From: Lingula anatina
Lineage: Eukaryota > Animalia > Brachiopoda
Assembly (NCBI GenBank): GCA_051362555.1
Contig: CM120646.1
Span: forward strand, 17,174,001-17,238,000
Direction: 5' to 3'
Length of the DNA: 64,000 nucleotides
In this document: piece by piece, positions 15,001 to 27,176 of the stretch
Position numbering within the stretch: the first letter of the stretch is position 1
Layout of the letters: each line of letters opens with the position of its first letter
Notes under the pieces: generated by a model
Databases searched by the model: none
What the model was told of the DNA's origin: nothing
What the model saw: only the letters and a program-made list of their open reading frames with translations
Translations under genes and position numbers: made by a program

Positions 15001-17994
15001 AGCCTTGCAAGTCAATATATTGTGGACATGGAGTATAAGTCACGTGGACTATCTATCCTTATATCTTGCCTTATTATATATCTGTTGAATATGACCAACA
15101 CCACAGGTATGCACCCCGGCTCTATACCTCTAGGTATAAATACCAACCTGTTAACTCACAGGACTATAGTCCTTCCACACTATATTCAAACAATATATTT
15201 ATTGTAACGTTGTAACATTAAATGAGCAAGGGTGTCGGTTTCTGTACTGTCAACAAGACTGTTCACAAGAAGACTCAAATGTTTGTAGAAGAGACAGATC
15301 CTTTGTTACAGGATACTGGATAGAACATCACATCAGTGCATATATGTAACTTGGTAAAGGGAGATGGGACTATACATGGATCATTGTGTCAACATTCCTG
15401 TCCTTTGACCATATATCATGCGGTCTTACAGAGGCCACCTGGTCAATATCAACTCTAAATATACTTCATATATACACATGTACTAAACTGACCATGAATC
15501 TGAATGCATTAAAAATGCATTTATCCTTTATTTTTCAAATAAAGCTATATGATTCTGCTTGCTCTTGGCTTGAAATATAAGACCTTAAAACTCCCCTTCC
15601 CAGGCGCATGCATGCGGATGTGCACGCGCACACACACACACACACATCAACGTGCATACAGACAATTAATATGTATAAATAAAACAGTCATTTCTAGTCC
15701 ACTTTCTACTGAAGCCCAGCATCAAGAACACAGTCATCCACCATATAACATTTTTTTTTTCTTATTCTACCTACCATTTTTTACAGCAGACATCTTTCTT
15801 CAGATTGCAACAATCAGGCTACAAAGAACTGAACCCAGTAAGTGCACTATAATAATCCAAGTCTCTAAGGCAGCTTGTATCTTCAGTAATATATTTTACA
15901 ATAATAATCCTTGTCTCAGCTGCCTTCTGGGTAGAAAGTCTACACACAGCTAATATAGGTAAATAGCATGTAGTCCACACCACTAGAGGCAAAGGGCAAT
16001 TGCATATTAGTCCTGCCGGGTCCCCTGAAGATGAATCTCTTTGTAGTTTGAAAAAAAAATCCCCCTCTGGCTGTTTCAAGCAATTTACAAATCCATCAAT
16101 CTCATTACACAGGTTTGCACATATCAGACTGTCTGTATGTATTATACAGGTTTGTATGTGCTCCACCGGTTTTGCAAAAGTCGAAGGATATATATAAATA
16201 AAATGTCACTTGTATCAGATAGAGATCTTGAGAATGATTAACTAGATCCTTGTCTGTCTTAGCCGAGTCCGCCCATTTGTTATATTGTGTTGCGGATTAT
16301 CTTTATTGTTAGAGCACGCAAGTATGTGGTGCTCATACCACGCCAATGATATTAGATTACAGTGTCCAGTCAAATTGTCAGAGATGTCAGTAGCCACATG
16401 ACTGCTCAGAGATAACACGATACAGTTGTATTATCTGTAATGTCCAAGTCAGTACATTAGCATATGGACATAAATCAATTCTTTTACCCAGCTCTTGAAT
16501 GTCATACCATCTAGAAGTATAGGCCAGCAGTGTCCAGTCAGCTGTCACCTTGTCAGGTGTCAGGCCTCTGTATCAATATTACTGTAGGATGTCCTTCTCC
16601 TTCTGTGATTTACTGGTAGCTGCTTCTTTCAATTCCCACTGCAGAAGATTCATATTAAAGTAATCATCTCCTGAAACACTCTCTCTCCCTATGTATATAA
16701 ATATACACGCAACTCCATCCATAAAGAAAACAAAGTCTATGTGTCAGAGGCATCAGCTTTCACTATTACTGTCAGTTTTTTCCTCCAGTTATCTTCTCTT
16801 ACTACAGACATGCAATAAGAAGACATGCACTGTGCCTGCACAAACTGCTTCCCAAATCTTGGAAAGAATTCCTCTCTTGTTCTTACTGGCAGTACAGGAA
16901 AGAAGAGTGCAAAACTGAGGAAAACATGAAGATGTGTGTGTGATAGATAGAAAGATAGGTAAACCTCCTGATGGACAGATGCTAAATAACTGGTATATTT
17001 GTCCAATCAGTATCACTGGTCAGTGATCAAGCACCTGTGGTCACAGTTTGGGGTCCAAATATCTCAGATAGTATATATTTGCCCTTAACTTCTCCCCCTT
17101 GAAAACTTGCAAGGTATTAAAGCCTACAAGTTTTTTTTTTTCTTTACAGATTTCCTCAACTGTTTCTTCAATTTTAGTTTTCAAGGAACTTTACTAAGAA
17201 TCGAGCAATACTTTCAGTTGCAAATTTGGTGTTCAACCTCTTTCATCTCACTTTGATAACCTTAAGGTATTAATACCAAGTTGGATATAGTCCAGATCTC
17301 CCAACTGATACAAAAAGAAATAAAAAAAAAAAAAACTGGCCACAACCAATTCAACTGGCCATAAGTAACAAACCCCAAACTGACACAAACGAGCACTGTT
17401 CCCACAACCTTTGCCAAGAAACTGAAGCAAATTTCTGACCACTTTGCCAACTAGTCCTCTTTGATGTATGTTTTTGCTTTATAAGTGGGCAAGCAAATCG
17501 GCAACTAACAGTTATTTCCACAAGCTTTAAAATTTCTTCTTTGGTTTACCTTCAAGTCGGAAAACCAGAGGCACTGGTTCTTCACTAAAATTTCAGTGTT
17601 CTGGAGTTTAGGTTGTAATATTGGTAACGTGCCATGCACTAAAGCAGTTTATGTTCAGTTCACCAATCCTCTTCCTATGATGCTCATATGACAATAAAAT
17701 GACCTATTCCATCCTATTCTCCAAAAGAAATCCTCATAAAGCATCCACGATATATTATGCCAGAAAACTGCAGCCAGTATATGTAGCAATATGCTCTTCT
17801 ATTCCAAAAACAGACACTGGTAACTTGAAGTCCCGACTGTACTGATCAGCATGGAGAACTCTTCATCGATGTATACTCAATTTCACAAATTCCTCTCAGC
17901 ACCTGGACTACTCAGCCAGTCCCTCCCTTAGCCTTGACCATCCCCAAATGTGAACACAAACTGACCACTATCCACATGTAAGTACCAGGATGCT

Positions 17995-18310
17995 GGCTAT
18001 CAGGTGGTCAATACTGCCCAGTGCCCGGTACAATAATGATAGTAGAGTATCATCTCCCTATATTGACTATGGTGGTCAATGTTGCCTTGTGCCCAGTACA
18101 AAAAAATGAGGATGGGGTATCATCTCCCTGTATTGACTATCAGGTGGTCATTACTGCCCAGCACAATGACAGTGAAGTATCATCTCAATGCAATAAATAT
18201 CAACTATCGAGAGGTCAATTTTGTCCAGTGTCCAGTAAAATAATGAGGATGGGGTATCATCTTCCTTTATTGACTATCAAGAGGTCAAGGCTTCTCTCTG
18301 TCCAGTAATG
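17995..18310. repeat. Degenerate minisatellite, ~70-bp unit, ~4.5 copies
   Basis: Recurring core gtatcatct..tattgactat(ca)..g(g/a)ggtca. Confidence 0.8.
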
Positions 18311-19789
18311 CCCTACCATTATCATCAATGCACAGCGTGCATTATTTTAATGACAGGCAGTTTAAAGTTGTCACAGGGCAACTCCAGTGCACAAGTATAC
18401 ATATATATGTATTAGATAATAACCATCAGCTCACCCAGAAACAAGGCAGAGCTGAGCCAAGCCACACTCTACAAAATGTCAAAGTAGATCCAATACATGA
18501 CCAAGATAATTGATACCCGCAATTGAATTCCCATCAATTTTCTCCACTTAGTTCTACAACTGTTGCAGCATTATTCAATTGAGATTCTATTTCTGAAGCT
18601 GTTGCGCAAGAGTTTTCTGTTGCATATGTGGAAGAACACGACAAAAAGGAAATGTCAGACTATTTTTGTAAGAAAGAAAGGAAAGTTACAAAAGAATCAG
18701 TCATGAGATTGACAATTTGACAAAGAGTGTGAAAATCAATGTTCCATAGTTCCTTCAAAACTGCTAAAATTGTTAGTCTTGTGTATGCACATTTAAATCT
18801 TACAGCCCAATTTACATTTACAAAATGTATTCCATGACTTTTTAATAATCTACTTTAAATATATACCCACACTGATTATTCTAAATATGTATAATTCTTA
18901 TATAAATCATGATGCCTGCAGCAAAAACATTAAAGATTTATAAACCAGAGCTTTTGTGATAAAAATAATTTTGCATTATTCAACAAACATAAGTAATATT
19001 TCATCACTTCATTACGACTTCCATTAGTCATTATATTTAGAGAACCAACACACTTTTCTATACGGTTCTTTTGAAAAACCTGCCACAACCCTGATTTTGC
19101 ATGATCAGTGTAATTCCAAACATCTGTGAAGTACTGATAATCTATGGAGAGAGTAAATTGAACTCGCATGATGCCAAATTTTTCCCATGTTTTACAAAAC
19201 TAATTCAATTTGACTACAGATAACACAGATACCTGAAATTTAATTATTAAATGTCCTTTAACTTTAGTGTGAGGAAAGTGATTTCAGTTTTCCTATTTGT
19301 CTGAGATGAAAATAAACAGAATGCTAGGGAAAGTTTGTGGATAGGAAAATGATGTAATAAAAAACATGCTATCACCTGAGATCGAGAAGAACTGCACTAT
19401 GGGAGAAGGGGGGGGGGGGCAAATCCACAACATGGGATCGGTGTTTTTGATGAGCTACGAAGATACAATGCTGAACACAAGAAGATAAAGTTCCAAACAG
19501 ATTATAAACCATAAGTCAGTTCATGTCAATATTATATATAACATAAACTGTAAAACAGGACAAGCAGATATTTGGTTCTAGTTGATAAATTTTCATACTG
19601 TATTTGCATTCGCATGATGGGACATAAAAAAGAGCTGTTACCACTGAAACAACATCACACACCTAAGGGAAACAAGCAATCTGTGACATTATCAAATTAC
19701 ATCTGACAAAACCATTCTCATTTTCCATAAACACATCTCATTAACATCTCATTGACACTTCAATCATACAGAAACAACAGAAACAAGAC

Positions 19790-20125
19790 AACATTGTAAT
19801 CATCAGCATCATCATCAACTTAACACAGTAACCATCAATAATGGCTCAACATTACAACATTCAACAACAAAAACATCAACATTGTAATTATCAACAACAA
19901 CTCAACATTGCAACCATCTGATCAACAACATCTCCACATTGTAACCTACAACAAAACTGCAATCATCAAAACCAACAACACCAACAATAACCCTATTTCT
20001 CACCATTCAATACACAGCATTGTATTTCATGATCACTGCCATCACCCATGCCACAAATCTTCATCATTGATATCATCACTAATACCATTATCATCATCAT
20101 CATTCCATCAGTTTTATCATCATTA
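19790..20125. repeat. CAA/CAT-rich low-complexity tract
   Basis: Degenerate (CAA)n/(CAT)n runs. Confidence 0.7.
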
Positions 20126-20599
20126 ATCCATTAACCACGCTATCATTCCATCAATCTAACCATAATTCAGAATACAATTATATAATCCAGAATACAATAT
20201 CTAGAATTGTTCGGACTGATTAAATTTGAAAGAAATGTCTGAAAGTTGTTCAGTAACAGTGATAATGGAAACAAATCAATCTAAGTAGCATCACTGAAAC
20301 AGTTGAGCAATACTGTCATTGTGATAAGGGAAAGGCTGGGGCATTAACAATTTCCACCAAATCCTTAATCTATTTAAAAACTTGGGTGAAACAAAAGGGA
20401 AAGTATTTCACTAAATTTAAAACACTATTGTTAACTTGGCAAGCCACTTACAGTCAACAGCAGTTAAAAATTTCTTACTATAGGGTTAAAATAAATCAAC
20501 AGTACAAAGGGCAATGGAGGTATGGACAGCAAAGGACAAAAAAGGTGGTTTACAAATAACTTCATATAATAATCCCATAAACTTTACAAGAGAACTTAC

Positions 20600-22472
20600 C
20601 ATTTTCCTCCTGTTCCTCGGACCTCTCCAGAGCCACTCTGTTCCCAAACCCTTCCAGCGAGCCCTGCTTCTTCACCTTGGGAGGTACTGGGGGCCGCCCT
20701 TGCAGTCGCCCCTGGGATGTGGTGTGACGGGTCACCACCTGTTCGAATACACCCACCTTCTTCAACACATGACCTCTCTGAAGTAACGCAGATGGGATCT
20801 CCTTTTCCTCCTCTCCTGATCTTACTATGGAGGGATCAGGCTGTCCCTCCTCATCGGCCCACGCTCTGGGCAGGGTCACCGATTTGGCCTCTGGTGGGGA
20901 GACGTACCGGGTAGTTTTCTTAGTGTTGAGTGGTGCCCCCTGGATGTTTTTAGCTGAGAGGACGTATCCTGGGATTCTCATTTGTCGCTTTGGTGGGTGG
21001 TGACCTGATGGAAGAACATGACTGGCTGAAACCGAGGGGGGTTTTGCTGAGATGGGAGGCTTGCTGGTGGAAGCAGGCAATGTGGAGGCACTGCGGGTTG
21101 AGTAATTGGCCTGGGATGGTTTATTATGAGTGCTGACTTCAAAGCTATCCACCTGACCTTCTATTATGCCATTATCTTGTTCAAATCCCCCAACCAAAGG
21201 ATGTTCGTGTTCATCAGGTCTTGCTGGTGTGGAGCTATAGCCATACATGTACCCCTTGGTCAAGTCATCGCCACCATGGCTGTCCAGTGTCTCATTTGAC
21301 ATAGACTCATAGGTAAACTCTAACTGTCCATGCTCTTGTCCCTCATACTGTGTGATGGGGGAGCTCTTCAGGCAAGGTGGTGATACACTTGAGTAGGATA
21401 ACTCCATACTCTTGGAGTAAGGCTTCGCCGACTGCAGCATCATCCCAGCTGGGAGACTACTGCCCCGTTTCTTCATGTCCTCCTCATACATATCCATACT
21501 GGCGATTCCAGATGACTCTGTGGGAGGCTCCGACTCCAACACCATGTGCTCGTGGTCCAGTTCTAATGGTTTCTCAGCAGGAACCTTCACGTCCATACTA
21601 GAGTCTAGTTTGCTGGACTGTCTTTTCTGTTTCACTGACGAGATTTCTTGGATAATTTGGTCTAAAGCGTCTTCATCAGCTTCCTGGAGTATTTGCTCCA
21701 TGGCCTGTAAATAGGTCAAGGATGTTTCGTGAACATACTCCTTTTCAATATTCACCTTAATTTGTCCCGCAGCTTTTTTACTGGACTTTCTGTCCACATT
21801 TGCTTTAAGTTTATGACTCCCACTACGTTGATCACTGGCGACCCCGCCATTCACGGCTTGGTGCTCAGCTGGGGTTCCATCTCCAGGAGGTGGCGCCACT
21901 TTCTCTGAGCTATCAGATTTTTGCATTATCAATGACCTTATTGACCTTCTTCGTGTCACGGGTTTGCGAGACTTTGTTGAGGTCGCCTCGCCCGAGATGT
22001 TTTTATTTTTAACATTCTTGTCACCTGTTTCATTACCGTCAGGTTGTGACTGCTGAGCAGGGCGTTGGTCCTGTGATAAATGACTGTCACCAGCACTGTC
22101 ACCCACAGCTGTGACAGGAGCACTACCACTCTCTAAGAGCTCTGGTGAGGAAGCATAATGTGCAGTCCCAACTAACTCTCCCTGGAACGAATCCTGCTCT
22201 GCTGTATTCATAACTGTGGTTTGTGAATTATCTGGAGAAATGAACCTTGCTTTCTGGGACTTGTCATCTACAGAATAAGGCACAGAATCCACGACTACCA
22301 CGCTGGCATTGCAATGAGAGCCCTCTGGTGAAATAAACCTGCCCTTGGGCGTGCTAGCATCTTCTCCATCTGGCACAAGGGAAGAGTCTGCTCTCTCAGG
22401 AGAGATGAAGCGCTTCTGGGAGTGGCCAATCTCACTAGCGGTAGTGGTCCCGTTGGTTGTGGTTATCTCCAT
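20600..22472 (-). CDS. First coding exon (~624 aa) of a large multi-exon gene; Ser/Pro/Glu-rich disordered N-terminus, product unidentified; the gene continues toward and probably past position 1
   Basis: 637-aa ORF. Acceptor tttacag| places the exon start at 22503, with an in-frame TGA upstream of the ATG at 22472. Donor AATG|GTAAGT at 20600 (phase 1). Contains PxxP motifs (RPPVPPK, KPPISAKP) but no recognisable globular domain. Confidence 0.85.
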
Positions 22473-23172
22473 CAAGTGCCACTCATGTTCTTGTAATGTT
22501 CACCTGTAAATATACATATACAATGAAATTAGTATTAAATTCTTCACCATGACAGCTGGAGAGTAATGGTCTGCAATACCACAACACTCCACAGGTGTGA
22601 AGTCATACCTCCTCCACTGGAGGAGACAGAGCTCTTTTTATTATTATTTTGAAAATATGAAAAGAATTAGATATCGAATTCAGCAAGCGCTAAAAAGGAG
22701 CAAAAAAGGGCATGCTTGATGGCAGCTTGACAAATACTTTATCTACAGTAATAATACTACTATAACAATGTCAACTGTAATAGTAAGGGGCAGTATGACA
22801 ATATGTTACAGTATTAGACAAAACCAAGTCTTAGTTCAAAACAATTATGCATGCTGTGACCGAAAGCAAACATTTGTAATTACCATTCGACTGCATTTAC
22901 CGGCAGTATGCACAATACCTCTAACTTGGCTTCAAATAGAGATGTGCATGACTTACATATTAACTGAACCACCAAGACAGGTTTCACCTTTTTATTACTA
23001 ATTTCTAATTTTGTTGGACTCATTTCCTCTGTAAATGAGTCAGAGGAACCAACTCTTACAGCACAAACAACACCTTAAGACAATAACTCTCTGTTTTCAT
23101 TAAGTTTAAGTTGATAATCAATTAACATCCCCACTGGCACTTAACTGCTATCCATTCCCACTTCTACGCAAA

Positions 23173-23217
<45 letters not shown>

Positions 23218-24890
23218 TATTTATTGTGCCTATACACTAACTTTGTGATGTCAGATTGCCAATGCCACTTAATTTCTGCTCTGCAGAGCATATGAACTGA
23301 TTCACTCACAAAATACCATCTGATCTAACTATTCCTTCATTTAGCACGTATTTATGACTAACTGTCCAGTTTCAATTCAGTCAAACTGAACCCTTTGATT
23401 ACAAGAGGTTGGTTAACACTCACATTTTTCCCCCTCGGTGTTGGACCATAACTAGGCCTCAGTTTAGGCATCACTTATTGTATTGTTAGATCAGATTTAG
23501 TATTCTCATTGCTCAAACTAGTTCAGAACTGTCAGACAACCCAATCCTTACTATTGCTTTAATCATCTGATATGCAGTGGGCCATCTCTGTCATGTCGGA
23601 CTTTTAACTCAGTTGTATGCTTTTATCAAACATTTATCTACAAGTATATATGTATGTAGTATGATACTATTAGATTGCAGTACAAAGCCAATCTATTTGG
23701 CAGTTAAACCTAGACATCCCTAATTGTCATTTGTGCATGGTTTAAAACATGATAAAATTATCAAGCACACAAGATACTATTCTTCTCGCAAATCTTAAAT
23801 GACAGTTAACATATATGCCACCCAGGAAGGATTTGAATATTATACTATTCAACAAAACATTAAAATTAAGATGACAAGAAATTGGACTTAATGAGACACG
23901 CCTTGATGGAATCTTGAGATATAATATGTGCTAACTCTGGATAAATGTAGCCAAATAAATATCTCAAAATTAATCAATTATAATATAATATATTTGGCAA
24001 AAAGCTGTTACTAGTATATATTTTGCATCTCCTAAACCAAATAAGTTTGTTAATTAGCACATGGCCAAATTTTTTTATGGTAGGATGAAGCCAGATATCA
24101 CTAAATGCAGGAAAGAGAGCAGACAATGCTAAATTAGGTTAATCCCTCCCCTGCTAAAAACGTTCTCCAATTAAATAATTTGATTAATTTTAAATAAAAT
24201 ATACCACACCTAAGTCTTTATCAATTCAAAGGAAGAAAATCTCACAAGAAGGAAAATATGATGTCCCAAACAAAGAGAAATGAAAAACAGACAACACAAA
24301 ACAACTGACTGAAAAGCATACAACATAAAATAAGACAAAGGCACAAAAACACCAATAAAAAAACACATGAAAATTTCCGCTCCTTTGACATCTAGAGGAT
24401 GCCTCCAATGTGTCATCCAACCATGTAACACAGCATCTGTTACTCCATGGAGCATATAACATCAACATACCGGGAGGCTATAATGTGTCACAACAGACAT
24501 AACAACTGGATTAACTGCATGTTTGGCTGCAAACATTTCTGTCTATGGTAGACTCATAACCCTTGGCGAAATAAAATGGCTTTGTTTTATTTATGGCTGC
24601 AGAGTTGTGCGGATGACAATTTCATCTGTAGCTAACAAGTATCAATATGCACGAGACTGAGGGCACCAGAGAAAATACAACCCTACGCTGGAAAACTTCC
24701 TTTTAAATTTTCTTAAATCCATTATATGTCTCCTCATGCAAATAAGTTATTTGGATGAAACAAGAAGGCAGGCCTATCTATTCAAACATGTGCATCTCTG
24801 GCAATCACATTCACCACTGTGCACACATTTGACCTTTTCCCAAACCACAACGTACATGCATGTGATGACACTGATTGCATAGAAACTTAC

Positions 24891-24946
24891 CTTTCATCCT
24901 ACTAGTAATCTCACAAATGCAGAATGAAACCAGTCTTTCACTTTTC
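24891..24946 (-). other. 56-nt 5'UTR exon of the minus-strand gene
   Basis: Acceptor tttttttttctgccag| and donor AAG|GTAAGT, both near-consensus. Confidence 0.6.
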
Positions 24947-26567
24947 CTGGCAGAAAAAAAAAAGTGCAACATATCCCACATGTCAACTTTTGACTGAGGT
25001 TTTATTGTAAAACCATCTTCCTTTAGTCTGGCCTACAGTCTGACTCACAGTACTATCATTTCCCTGTGTTAGCAACACAGGAACTGATAAAAAAACATGC
25101 TCCATCACTTCAAATGAGTAATTTTTTTTACAGAGCTGTTAATTAAAGACAAGTGGAAATGCTGAATAATAAAACAATTGCAAAAAAAAAAAAAAAAGCT
25201 TTATAAAATTTGTGGTTCAACCTATCCATTCAAAAACCATGCACATTCTTTTCACCACCAAAACATATTTTTATCTTTTAAATTATTCCTTCAAATAACC
25301 AATGAAAAAGAGGAAGAAAACAATCAATGCCACCTTTTTACTGATATTTTTAACCAAACTGATAGCCATGGAGGAGGTAAAGAGTACACAGAAGGGGAGG
25401 GGGGCACTGATATGACCTTTTAAGATAATATATTATCATAATTTAGAGGAAAAGAATAAAAAAATACAAAAAAATCTTTATGTTTAATCTATCCCTGTCT
25501 TCATGGAGTCTGTGAGAACAAAAAGAGTCAAGCACAAGAGTGCTTGGTAAACACAATGAAAAGAAAGCAGGGACTGGCTTTCTCACATCACATCTAAACA
25601 TCACTTCCAATTCCAATAGCTGACAAGCCCCTTCAGATCATTAAGTACAATTCCACAGAGAAGAGTGGTAACACAACCCCAGGTTCCAGACAATAGTACA
25701 TGTTTACCCTGCAAATAGCCAAGACCTATACAAATCAATGCCAACAGGGCTGAGGAAAGAGCACAGGCTTAACCTTAACCTTTCACTGTGACTTGGGTGT
25801 TCCAACAACACAACCCTAACACATCATCCAGTCATAGAACTCTTTTTTTCCTTATGAGGATTTAGGTGTCAAATATCAGTTGTTTAGAAAGGGGAAGTTT
25901 GTTGGAAAACAGGTATTAGTATTCATATTACACAGTGTGAGTAACAGCATTACAAAAACAGAGCAGAGACAGACAGTATAGAGGATTGTATTGGGTCCTT
26001 CATTCAACAGCGTGAAACTTTTATGTCTTGTTCAGAAGTAGATCAATGCAGTCTTAGAATAGCCTTATGTCATGTTTCTAGTTAACTTAGGCCAGCATCA
26101 TTTGGTACAATCAATCTCACCAAGATGTCCATTTATGATCAGCTCACCACAGGGTAACATCTAATCTTTCCCTTGTCCCGTCCACTACACTTAGATTGAA
26201 ATAACAATGTTATTCTATGGGATACCTATGGTAAAGTTGGTGTAATAACAAAGTCTTATGAGATAGTGAGTTTGTAGCACTGAACTGGAACTAACTTGAC
26301 TGAAAACATGACTATCCTGATCATCCAGACAGCTGAGCATGGGATTTGAGTTATTAAGCCATACTTGTGACCCAGTGACATTGGCTGGATCATCTCTAGT
26401 CTAAGTTAGTCCAGTTGTGAACACGGCTTCTTGCTTCCTAGACGGGAGTGGTTACAAATCACCTTTTTCTAAAAAGGCTTATGAAATAATTATAATATAA
26501 TCCTTATTGCATGTCAATACACATTGTGCATAAACTCTACTGTAAACAGGATTTTTTTTTTCACTTA

Positions 26568-26824
26568 GGCTTCGTTCACATGCAATGTCTATTTTCTAAA
26601 TTCTATTTTCTATTCGCGCTATCTTATGATCACGGTCTGTGCCCTGAATATCCCGCCGCGTAATTACTGGCAGCGCGAGCCAGTTACTTATAGTAACTTA
26701 TAGTAACTGGCTCGCGCTGCCAGTAATTACGCCGCGGGATATTCAGGGCACAGATAGTGATCATAAGACATACCGCAAATAGAAAATAGAATTTAGAAAA
26801 TAGACATTGCATGTGAATGAAGCC
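26568..26824. mobile_element. 257-bp palindromic (foldback) MITE, PIF/Harbinger type
   Basis: Ends GGCTTCGTTCACATGCAATG...CATTGCATGTGAATGAAGCC, and the whole element is an almost perfect inverted repeat. TTA TSD at 26565-67 and 26825-27 (TWA TSD is characteristic of Harbinger). Confidence 0.9.
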
Positions 26825-27132
26825 TTAAAGCAAGTTGCTGGGTGAAAATATTTCATTTGAAACCCAGTATGTTTATACAGATTGCAATATATTATATGTG
26901 CATTCCTACATATCAAGTATATCCTGGCAGTTTATCAACAGACTGCTGTCATGCTGAAACACCTAAGTCAACTAATTTGTTATATAACGCATGCTGACAT
27001 AGGAAACACATGATGGCGTTTAAAGGTATCTGCCCTTTTCAGGGCTACTAGACATCAGGGACATGGCACACGGCTGTCTATATTGCAAACTCCAGCATTC
27101 ACAATTTTGCTGATCAAGTGTATAATACTTGT

Positions 27133-27176
<44 letters not shown>

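Noticed and set aside
15819-16166. 115-aa minus-strand ORF
   Set aside because: Non-ATG start, no splice support and no homology recognised.
17995-18310. Repeat array as CRISPR-like
   Set aside because: Eukaryotic context, degenerate contiguous units without unique spacers, and no cas genes.
20562-20599. C-terminal tail of the 637-aa ORF (KFSCKVYGIII*)
   Set aside because: Read-through into the intron beyond a consensus G|GTAAGT donor; probably not part of the protein.
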